NCBI GenBank assembly: GCA_050084985.1
Contig: JBITNC010000002.1
Location: 7,254,001 to 7,318,000 of the forward strand
DNA: 64,000 nt
Reading direction: 5' to 3'
From: Nageia nagi
Taxonomy: Eukaryota; Plantae; Pinophyta
Shown: piece by piece, positions 25,501 to 37,500 of the stretch
Layout: every line of letters begins with the position of its first letter
Position numbering within the stretch: position 1 is the stretch's first letter
Notes under the pieces: generated by a model
What the model saw: only the letters and a program-made list of their open reading frames with translations
Told to the model about the DNA's origin: nothing
Database searches by the model: none
Program-made: the position numbers and the translations under genes

Positions 25501-28500
25501 GTTATCATATGTTTTTAAAATATTTTGCTAATCCTAGAATTCCTTTTGAGTTTCTAATGTTGAGAGGTGCATGGCATCTTGCGATTGTCTTTATATTTTT
25601 CATATCTTCTTTCATGTCATTTACCAAATTTATATACAGTGAACACTCCAATTCTTTCTACCAAAAATGTATTTGGATTTCATCATAGAGAAATGCAGCT
25701 CTCATTAGATTGCTGAGATTTGTTCGATATATGTTTGATGTTCTATATATATATTTTTTCATAATAAGATATTATCTATAATGTTTATAATTAATCGACT
25801 GGTTCTTCCTTCCTCCCATAGTTAGATGTCCAGTTGTAGCCTTGGATCTATACCATGTAACTATGAACATTGAATATATATATTATAAAATTAAATGTTC
25901 AAATACTGTTCTCCCATGGTCCTGGAAAGTATCTCGTTAGAACATCATGAAAGGAGGACTAGAAACTGTTCTCCTACGGACCTGGGAAGTATCTTGATAA
26001 TTTCGTTACGTGGCCCAAGCTTTCTGTGAAGAATGGATTTAAATTCTAGTGTGGATAAAACCTGCTGATAAGCATCTGTGTTGTCTTTGCAATGAGGTAA
26101 ACTTTGGTTTCATCTGAGAGGAATCACTTAGGTATATAGTGTGAAGTACTCTATTTTGATTTGTCAATGAAGTTATACCGAGTTATATGGTCATAATTAC
26201 TTTAGAATGTTCTCTGCAACAGTACCAAGTTTTTAGGTGTGTCTTATTAGACGTTTGTCTCACAAAAATGCAGAATATTTTGGATAAAATCTAGTGGCAC
26301 TCGGGTAATATACGCATTTTGTTAAAATAATCATCTTAACAGGTATCCATTTATACAATCATCCTTTCTTGGTGGGCATTTTGCAGATGTTTGCTTTCTT
26401 GTTATATCAATCCATGTCCTCAACCATGATGTACTTTAGGTTTAATCTTCTTTTTTTGCTGTCAATGAATGTTGAAATGTGGTCTTTACCTTGCCTTCTG
26501 CAGCCGATGTACTGCTGTCTCTTGGGTGCCTGAAGGAGATGGCACTTTTATTGCAGCACATGCAGATGGCAATTTATATGTATATGATAAGGTAAGCTTT
26601 TTGCGACTTGACTGCTAATCTTAAATCATCATTCATAACTTGCTATCATCATGGTTATATTATAGGTTTAGCTCTGAAAGAACTGGTAATTTGTCTTGCA
26701 TGATGTCTTTTCAGAATAAAGATGGCAGTGGTGATTCATCGTTTCCAATCATCAAGGACCAGACCCACTACTCTGTTGCTCATGCACGGTCTAGTAAGGT
26801 GTTAAAATTTCCTGCTTGACCAGTGCCCTTAGGAGTTATATATAGCATGATGATAATTAACATAAACTAAACAGTAACATCTTGTATTAACTTATGATTT
26901 TGATGCATATTCTCATGGTGCTAAAAGATTTTCCTTCAAACAAATCTTAAATGCACGTGTAGAGATCTTACTAAATTTTTGTGCCACTAGCAATGTCTTT
27001 GCAATGCACTTAGGTTTTATTATTTATTAACATAAATATGTCTGGACTTTGATTCTCTATATAACTGGACATAATTAAAACACTGAAAAATATATGGATT
27101 TACTTGAATCTTTTATGTAACTCTTAAAAATACTAAATTCAATATTTGCCTTAATCTTATAAAAGAATTATCTGGTTAATAATGTACTTGACCTTTCCCC
27201 TTATGTGTTAGGCTGCTGGCTTTTGTCCATCAGTTAAGCTTATTTTAGTGATTCTCAGGAGGCATACTATTTGCCTGTTAAATGTTGAGATTCACTTGTG
27301 GAGAACTTGTGGTCATATACTTTCTACGTTTTTGGAATTCCAGTTTTTTGACCTTTTTCCTAAGAATATTAGTTTGTTTTAGCCTGACTTTCTGTCCAAG
27401 TCACTCCAATGATGTAAAATGCTTTATTTAAATGTTTTTAAGATGGTTGTTTGTAGGTTTATTCTGAAAATCGTTATAGTGGAAATTTAATTCAAGAAGT
27501 CAATTGTGGCTTGTAATATTTGTGAAAATTGGCAAAATTGAAATTGCTTCAGGTTCTACATACAAGGCAGTTGATGATTTGGTAATTTACGTTGAGAGGA
27601 TTGAATCAGGATGGAGTTGCATTTTAGATGAGAATTGCTGTGAAAGTAAACCAGTTCAATATGAATATTACATCAAATGATGTATTCCTATATGTCCTTT
27701 ATCATTTTCTTGCACATATTAGCTAATTGTTGCAGAAAATGTTGAGCATGATAGGCCATTGATATTTTCATTTTCTCGTGTCATAATATTTTTGATATAC
27801 AGGTGGAGGACAGTTTGGCTAGAATTGTTGTTTTCCATAATTTATACTCAAAAACCTTGCATAAATAGTGAAGTAATATAGGACATTGGGCGCTTTTAAA
27901 GAAAATGTGCTGACCTGTTGGCTGGTGGGCCCCTTAAAAGATATGGATGTGAGAATCATATTAGAAAGACTCACCTTAGAGACTCAATCTGACACGTCAG
28001 TAGGAGGAGATGGGGGCTTGCTTGATATATCATGATGGTTAGTGGATTAGCAAATGTCATGGGGGGGGGGTGTGGCAAGAGATTAATAGTTTAAGTGGGA
28101 TTACCACACCTTCTGGATCACTAAACCCCATGCCAAGACTCTTAGGCACGAAGAATTCAATTCTTAAGGAAAAAGCTTCTAGATATTAAACATGGAAGAG
28201 TAGCATGTCATAGCACGATTTTGGGGCAATTGGGGAAAATTAGAAACTTCTGGTTTCAGCTGAAGATGGGTCTTGCTTGTAGGGTGGAGTTGAGTAACTA
28301 CAAAGAGGTAATGAAGGACTATGAGTGTTGGGAGCTTTTGGAAAAAACTGGTGTTTCTGACTTCTTGAAGCAATGTTGCAGTCATGATGTAGTAACGTCA
28401 AAGAAGGTGGTAGAAAGTTGGAAGAATGATTGGGCCTTGGTGGGCTCCATAGAAATCTCCTTCAGCATGCAGGCAATTGCAAGCTGAGTCAAGAAGGAAG

Positions 28501-31500
28501 ATGGTTTTGTTGTAATGAAATAGTGATGCAAGAGGAAATGGAGTTTCTAGAAGGGGAGCAATTGATGAAAGACAAAACTGGATTTCTACAGGAAGGTCTG
28601 GGCAAATCTTGGGATCGAATGGCTCATTAGGTATTTTACTTTAGATGGATGTTTTCCTGTCATCTACGGGCCTCACCTTTTGCTTCTAAATCATTTTCGT
28701 TGGGGAGGGGATTGGAAGATTAGTTTCTCCTATTTTCTAGCGAAATGGGCCTTGATCAAGAAATTCAGGGTTGAGAGAGCAGCGAAACGGGCCAAAATGA
28801 AGGAGAAAAGGGGAAGGGCCGGTTTCCTGGCAACAAGTTTCTAAAAGTCCAAACCATAAGGGTAAATCGAGTGGGCCCTCACCCTCTCAAAAAGGCAAAA
28901 AAGAGTAGTGATTTTGAGAGTATCTGGGCTAGTGCAAAGAGGAAGGCTTCCACCCTGAAGGAAGACCCCCCCAAAAGGGTGAAACTGAGGGTGGAGCAGC
29001 AGGCCCTAGAAAATGAAGAGGAGGAAGCAAAAAACCCCCCAAAAGGTAGTAAAAGGAGACAGAAGCTGCTCTTAAAACTGGCCAATTGGATGAAAATATT
29101 GGCGTAACGAAAGAAAAGAAAGAAGGGGTTAATGCAAATGAGGGGAATGTGAACATAAAGGATGACCAAACTTAAAGAAGACACCTCCTCTCCGGGTAAG
29201 CAAGGGACCATGGTTCAAGGGAACCAGCAGGAGGCAGAGTCTCCCACCCCTCGACTGAGGAGGATGGGGGAGCCCCAACGACCAAAATGGACTCTATAAC
29301 GCCCACTAGCTGTTGAACCCATGGCATGGATCAAAGAAGGTAAACTGCATCTCATCATTGATTGTGAGGAGAAGACCCAGGGGGACACGGTCCCAATGAC
29401 CCCAAATGAGAAGACTAGGGTTGCAGGGAGAGGATCAAGCAGGATGAACAGTGCCAAAGTCGCCAAGGAGAAATTGTCTGATGGAGAAGTAGGGATGCCT
29501 ACTGCTGTTGATAAAGGTCTGAAGAAGATGTAATGAAGGTTCTTCGTAATTTAGTGTGGGTCTTTTTTTGTTCCAAGTGTCATAGTCTGTGGTTTTAATG
29601 TATCTGGTTCTAAATAAGGCGATTATCTAGTACAGTCTCAACCGAGTTGTTAAGTTGAGCATGATATGAGTAGTTTTCTGATATTAGATGTAAGGGGATT
29701 ACATTTTAACTGCGTTCATGTGATAGCTGGGCACTATTATAGCTACGTTTTGTCCGTGTTTCAAAGAACTATCATGTGACAGGTTTTGGGACCCTGTTAA
29801 AACCAACACGTTTTTTGATAATATATTTACCTTATTATCAAAAATTAAAAAACTTTGTATATTCTCCTGTTGACACATTTGAACTTAGCTGACTTTCATC
29901 CATGTTGTCATTGATTTCGATTCACCTTTTCCCTGATCCCTATTGTTAGTTTTCAGATTTCATGGCGTACTAAGGTAATGAATGCAAACATGTAAGGGAA
30001 CTTAATGTGGAGGGAAAATGTTCGGGCTTGAGGAGATCTTATCGGGCTTACACAATTCTTTTCTTTCCAATGTTTTGTTGTTTCTTTTCTCCAGGTGACA
30101 GTAGGATAGAGATAAAAAAATTAACTACCATATCAACTTGTAAGGGACATCATGGTGAGTTTTAATTTCAATTTTAACTTCCATCCCTCTTGGGCATATT
30201 ATGCACACCATCTACAAACCTGATGACATCTGGGATCCAATTAATTACAGTTCTATCATAACGGGCAACACTTAGCTTTTTGCCAATGCATTATGCTTTA
30301 AGCTTTTTGATGAGTTGGATCAAGGTATAGAATATTCGAAACAGCTAGGGAACAAGTGGATTAAGGAACGAGTATATGACTCGAATCGTATTTTTACTTT
30401 TGTTGAGCTATTGGTGAGGAGGCTTGCATGCAATCTTTTAACATCTTTATTCTTTTATAGACGTAAGAAAAGATTCAATTATAGATCCCAATCACATATT
30501 ATTCTGTGTCTGTGCTATGCTGAAACGTTTTATGTAGTAGCTGTTAGTAACTTTTGCATTGGCTTTGGGGTCTTTGATGTTTGGATTACTGTTAGGGTCA
30601 AACACGGCTGCCCTTTCCTCTCCGCCCTTTTTCCTATTTGCATTTAGAATCTTGAAAGATATTATTTTTCAGCTCATTCCTCTTGATGTTGGTTGTTTAT
30701 TGCAATCATTGCTATATCACACTTTTTTGCTAATAATTCATTTTTTCTTGCACAAGCCTCTATCGTTTACAACTACAATTGGATGCTCTTGTTCAATTTT
30801 GTGAGTTTCTGACTTATGGTACCTTAGTTTTGCTGAGTTTTAACCGTTTGTTGGGGGAAGTTCACCAGATTGAGGTTATCGATTTCAACACTTTTGAAAC
30901 AGTTTTTTCAAGTTTCTGTTCTTTTACAAGGGTGAGCCACTTTATATTACCAAGTCCTTGGTAGATTTGGGAGTTCGGTTCACTTCCCTTTCCCTCAATC
31001 ATTAGTTTGCTGAACATTTATGACCTTATACATTATTGGAAACTCTTACAGTCTCCTCACTTTTCATTGTTGGAAGCTTCTCGAAATGAAACCTTGGAAA
31101 CTTGTCAAGTAGACTTTCCATTTTTCTTGATGTTTTCAATATTGTTCCCATAAGTTTCCAGGATGTTTCTAAACATTTCCATGTGCTTTTCATAGGAGTT
31201 GGTGCAGATTTTGGATTTTGATAGTTTATTTGGCAAGCACAGGGGAATTAGATGGGGTAAACACAGCCAACTTAATAATAATTAGTTTTATTTGGAAAAA
31301 GCTTTTAAGATGATGGAAAGCTTTTAGAAATGATTGCTGATTGGGATCAAACAAGTGAATTTAGCTTAACATTTGGCATTCTACTCTTCATATTGTGTCA
31401 CATTAGAAAGAAAAATACATAACATGAAGATCACAGGATTGTACTATGAATCTTAAATAAGTCACAAGATTGAACTATGAATCATAAATCAAGATAGAAC

Positions 31501-34500
31501 TATATATCTTATGAAATTGGTCTTTGATATTTCCATGGCTTCAATTTTTTTTTAGGATAATAAACATTTTTCTCATTCATATTTTTTTTTTGAAGCTGTT
31601 GGGGTTGGGTATTTTAGATGTCTTGTTAAATTTGATGAAAGAAAGAAAATATATTAATGTCCACGGGTGACCAAAAGCGGTCAATGGGATTGGAAAATAC
31701 ATAGAAGGTGTAATAGCATTTTGGGACTAGAAGGGTCCTCACAAAGTTAAAAAATGACTTAAGGTAACACTAAATGCATGAAAGAAAGGAGAATTCAATA
31801 AGAGTACTACAAATAAATAAGAGCACTATATTACCGAGATTGGATGGTTAAGGACGTGCTAAGGAGAGTGGGGGGGTGTTTTTCTTGTTGTAGTTGTGGT
31901 GACTTGGTGAAGTCTCTTTGATCCTTGGAGCCGACACTTGTAAAACCTTTGAAGAAGGATGTAAGTTGACGAGATTGGTTAGGAAAAATGCATCAAGTAG
32001 ACATCTCCAGGCGCATCGGGTAGGGGCGGGGGGTCGTCTCTCACCCTTCGACAAGACACCATGTATGAAAGAGGTTGAAAGAGGGATGTGATGCGATGAT
32101 CACTGCTTGAGTGCTGGGTGTGGGATAGGAGGCATTTTTGATAAAGGAAAGCCTCTCGCATGTAGAGTGCCACACATCTCTAACTTGTACATTGGAAAAA
32201 TGAGGAGATCTATCTGTGGGAATTTGAGAAGAGACAATGATACTGTCCTCAAATTTTGTAGTAAATTGAGCATCGAAAGATGAAATGGTCCTCAAACTCA
32301 ATCTCAGTTGTGCACATGTGACAAACTTTGAGCCCATGTGCTAGATGTCAATTTGTCTCAATCTGCAACTGGTGTGACCAAACTCGAAACTGATTTCGAA
32401 ACATCCTCAAACCCAATAAGTAGATATAAGCTGCTATAAGTAGGGGTGAGTATCCACCTTCTATCAACTTGCTAAGTTCTTGTGGTATCCCATGTAGTTT
32501 TTGGTGGCATGATATGTGTTTAATATTTTATAAAGAGGTAACTGCTGAGATTAAGCATTTTGTTTTATAAGTTGTGTTTCATATTTTTCATTTTATCTAG
32601 TTATCCTTGTCTACATTTTATGCTTTTTCTATGCATTTTGTAATTTTCCTTAAAACTTTTTCTTGTTTTAGAAGTTTTTGGATGCATATATTTTCTAAGG
32701 TGTTTCCTTTTCGGGACCATTTGAGGCTGGACGTTTTATTTCTAGGTTATTAGAGGCTGGACGTTGCATTACTGAGGGCATTTTCGAGCCTAGTCTTGCA
32801 TTTTGAGCTCTCTGGTAGGTAGACGTTGGTGATTTGAGCACTTTTCATAGGTCAAAAACAACATTTGTTTCCAAGTTTTGTTCAACTTAGTTTTGAAGGT
32901 ATTCCTACTAATCATTGTGATTTTCTTATTACCCTTTTGCCCTTGTCATTATAATGTTTGGAATCTAAGATGCGGACATATAGAGATGCTTTTGAAGATG
33001 GACGAGGACTCGTCAATTTTGTCAACAACAACCTAAGATGGAAGCTGATCTACATCCTACTTAAAGTGAAGCTTTAAAATAATATATATTTATACAATTA
33101 TAAAATAATAAAGTTAGATCATAGGCTCCTTGTTTTTGTCCAACATACTTGTCTAACCCATCTCCTTGTTAAAAGAGTTTGGTTAAAAGATTTGATATAT
33201 AGGGCATACACAATAATATAACCCTTTTAGATAATGGCAACTTAAAACTGCAAATAAAGTAATTGAAGTTGTTTGGAACAATGATAATATAAAAAATGAA
33301 AGAAAGCTAACTAATTAAAAAAAAATTATCAACCCAAAAATTGAACATCCATCTTACCTATATTAGGTTGCCAGTCCTCAAAAAGAAAATAATGATTGCA
33401 AAATTGAGAACGAATTCACATGACCAGCATAGTGAAATTGGTAGATGTACGACACCTAAAATTGTTAGAAGTGAATTAAATATTCAGATCTCTGATGTTA
33501 TTCTGCATGATGGTGCATGAGTGCAGTCGTTTGGTGGTGCATGGTGGTGTGCCCCTTGATGATCCTCCTCCACATGCAAAATTTTCCATCTGTACAATGC
33601 TATTTTTAGTTGGTATTTTTTATATAGCACACGGCTATTATTAGGTTTGACTATTTCTAGAAGCGGCTATTTTTGAGCGCAATTTGCATGTGCTCTAAAC
33701 TTTGGAATCTTCCTATTTTTCATATAAAAGGGGGATGAACCCATGTTTTTGTATAGTGTGAGAAAAGTGTAAAGTTCTCTAAGATTAATAAAAGATTGAA
33801 GCCGCCATTGCCCAATTGGTTTTCCTTGCACACAACATTTTTCCACATAAATCTCTCTTGTAATATTTATGTTTACTATTTCCACTATTGTTTTCAGCTT
33901 GCTTGCTTGTTAATTTCTAACAAAAACGCCATGGGATAAAAGAATTTGTAAGCATTTGTAACCTAAATGCCATAGAAGACAAGATTCATTTTCTTCTTAT
34001 TTGCCCATTTTACAAAGACATTAGACAAACCTATAATGATATTTATGATCACATCCTCATTCATGATTGTTAAACCAAGATAACTAAATCAAGCTTGGTA
34101 ATCTTATTTTGAATCATAATTTTGTTTGAATCTTGTATTTATATATATCTTTGGACAAATTTTGATAGGTTCTATAGACCAGCTGGGTCTAAAGGACGTT
34201 AAAAGACATCATATCATATCCATAGTGTCCATTAGACATTATATCTCCAAAACGAAAAATATAAATCTTACCACTCAACCCCATCCTTACTATGCTCAAA
34301 ATTTCTTATAATTTGAGGATGAAATCATGAATATCGTATTCTTCTTGGCCAAAATAGAGTATCTCATCTCAGGAAGTGGAGAGAGCAACATTTTATCTTC
34401 TAACACTCTATTTATAATTAGATTCAAGGGAGATTCTATGGTTAAGAAACTCAAGATGATCAGTTTGTGTCTTTTTTCATTACCTATTCCAAGGGTGCTT

Positions 34501-37500
34501 GGCTTTGTACCTTCAAGAAGCACTTACTCACATGTGGGGAACCTTGAAGGAGGTCTCAAACATCACTAAATTAATTACCACTTTGCTTTCTCCTATCTTG
34601 GACAGTAGGGGAATCAAACTTCCTATTGGTGCCATTCCTACGAAGATTGTTAGTAATGATAGATTGTGCAGACATTTCTTCATGGAGCTGGTTTTCAACA
34701 CCAACCATTTTTCACAGGATGGAGGCTCACTAATCCTTGACTTCTTGGACCAGCTTCGCTTCTAATCCATAGGTCAGAAAGTCCTGACAGATATAACTAG
34801 TATCTTACCTTCTACAATTTCACTGCTTGTGGATGTGAAAAGAGTCCTGAGAGTCTGTTTCAGTCCGCACAGCCTTTGCTATTCTCTCCAGGCATCATCA
34901 GGTCTTGCGTCAGCTTCCATGGGATGATTGTTGTTGTCTGCGGGTCTTCTATCACCTAGAATTATTGTGTTATTTATGATCAACTTGTATCATTTACGCT
35001 ATTTATATTCATTATACTGGCACTTTCAAAACAAAATTTTTATCTTGCTTTAACATAGTCATTTTGAGTATTGTTTTCCTTCATTTTAGAGTGCCTAATT
35101 TACCCTCTTTTGTCACTTGTAACATTAATTAAATAATTTGTTTTTCCAGTTTTTCCAGTAGTTGCACATTAATTTTGCTTCAAGATTGAGTGTCATATAT
35201 TACAACTCTACAACTTAACATTATGCAAATGATTGAAGTGTTATTTTCTGGAACATAATTGTGTGATATGACTCGTAGATATCTGAACTTGTGTAACTAG
35301 CTGTGTGTTGATAATTTTATTCTTGTTATTTGCAGAGCAACCCAATTGCTAGATGGCATATAGGTCAAGGATCCATTAATTACATTTCGTTTTCAGTCGA
35401 TGGAGAGTTTCTTGCCACAGTTGGAAGGGATGGTACTACTTCAACCAAATAATAATATTTCCAAAAAGTTCACAGCTGGATAGGCTTTTCTGAATTGAAG
35501 TCTTGATTATTATGATTTTCGTATTATTGCAGGTTATTTGAGAATATTTGACTTTAAAAAAGAACAACTGATTGGTGGTGGTAAAAGCTACTATGGTGCA
35601 TTACTGTGCTGTGCTTGGAGGTAAATGTAATTTACACCAAAAGAAATATTTAAGAAGTGAAATTCTGTGCCATTTGAAAGTTTCATATGTGGATGAGCCT
35701 TTGTATCAATAATCATTAATCTCATTGTGATCATGAATGAAAGTAGATTTACTTTTAAAATGTATCCTAGCTATCTGATATTAAGCATTCTTTAATGGTG
35801 TAAATCCTTTTGCAGCTAATATTGACTTTGAATTGTGATGTTGATGAGAGAGGAAGAAGACAAACTTAACACCCATTCTTGTATTGCACAAGTGTCAATT
35901 TGTTATTCACTTTTGTTTTAAGATTTTATTTGAAAATGTAATTGTATATATTCTTTGTTTTGCCTTACCTAGATAGAATATGTAATTGAATGGAAGACAA
36001 AACATCTTTGGTCTTTTCATCGTTGTTGTGTAGTATTTAATTGAAGATGGTCATTTATGTTCCTTACTGTGTTAACTCTTCAGGACCCAATATTTATTAT
36101 TTTCAGCTTTTGAAAAATATTAATTTAATGACAGAAAGAGGCAAAATTATAGAAAAAATAGCAAATTTTATTGAAAATATCAAGTGTAAACTGGATTTTG
36201 CACTCAAACGTAGAATGCCCGCAGTCTGGTACCCTTTGCCCTAGAATGCTTGTGATCTTGTGCACTTTGTCCTAGAGCGCTCAAGATTTGGTATTCGTTG
36301 TCCCACAATGTTCAATTTTTGGTTTGGCATAGAGGTGTCGAAATTTTATGTTCCTTACTGTGTTAACTTTTCAGGACCCAATATTTATTATTGTCAGCTT
36401 TTGAAAAATATTAATTTAGAGACAGAAAGAGGGAAAATTATAGAAAAAATAGCAAATTTTATTGAAAATATCAAGTGTAAACTGGATTTTGCACTCAAAC
36501 GTAGAATGCCCGCAGTCTGGTATCCTTTGCCCTAGATTGTTTGTGATCTTGTACACTTTGTCCTTGAGCGCTCAAGATTTGGTATCCGTTGTCCCACAAT
36601 GTTCAATTTTTGGTTTGGCATAGAGGTGTCGAAATTTTATGTTCCTTACTGTGTTAACTCTTCAGGACCCAATATTTATTATTGTCAGCTTTTGAAAAAT
36701 ATTAATTTAGAGACAGAAAGAGGGAAAATTATAGAAAAAATAGCAAATTTTATTGAAAATATCAAGTGTAAACTGGATTTTGCACTCAAACGTAGAATAC
36801 CCGCAGTCTGGTACCCTTTGCCCTAGATTGTTTGTGATCTTGTACGCTTTGTCCTAGAGCGCTCAAGATTTGGTATCCGTTGTCCCACAATGTTCAATTT
36901 TTGGTTTGGCATAGAGGTGTCGAAATTTTATGTTCCTTACTGTGTTAACTCTTCAGGACCCAATATTTATTATTGTCAGCTTTTGAAAAATATTAATTTA
37001 GAGACAGAAAGAGGGAAAATTATAGAAAAAATAGCAAATTTTATTGAAAATATCAAGTGTAAACTGGATTTTGCACTCAAACGTAGAATGCCCGCAGTCT
37101 GGTACCCTTTGCCCTAGATTGTTTGTGATCTTGTACGCTTTGTCCTAGAGCGCTCAAGATTTGGTATCCGTTGTCCCACAATGTTCAATTTTTGGTTTGG
37201 CATAGAGGTGTCGAAATTTTATGTTCCTTACTGTGTTAACTCTTCAGGACCCAATATTTATTATTGTCAGCTTTTGAAAAATATTAATTTAGAGACAGAA
37301 AGAGGGAAAATTATAGAAAAAATAGCAAATTTTATTGAAAATATCAAGTGTAAACTGGATTTTGCACTCAAAGTGTGGTACCCTTTTTCCTAGAATGCTT
37401 GTGATCTTGTACGCTTTGTCCTAGAGCGCTCGAGATTTGGTATCTGTTGTCCCACAATGTTCAATTTTTGTTTTGGCATAGAGGTTTCGAAATTTTATGT

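Noticed and set aside
30100-31130. Possible decayed TE coding region on the minus strand
   Set aside because: No diagnostic motif was recognised, and the ORF-track peptides here look like noise.
34250-34960. Possible L1 ORF1 fragment on the minus strand
   Set aside because: Only a vague resemblance to DUF4283; not supportable without an HMM search.
36041-37393. Five near-identical 67-91-aa ORFs resembling a tandem small-peptide gene cluster
   Set aside because: They are simply the translation of the 291-bp TE-derived repeat unit inside an intron, with no independent gene structure.
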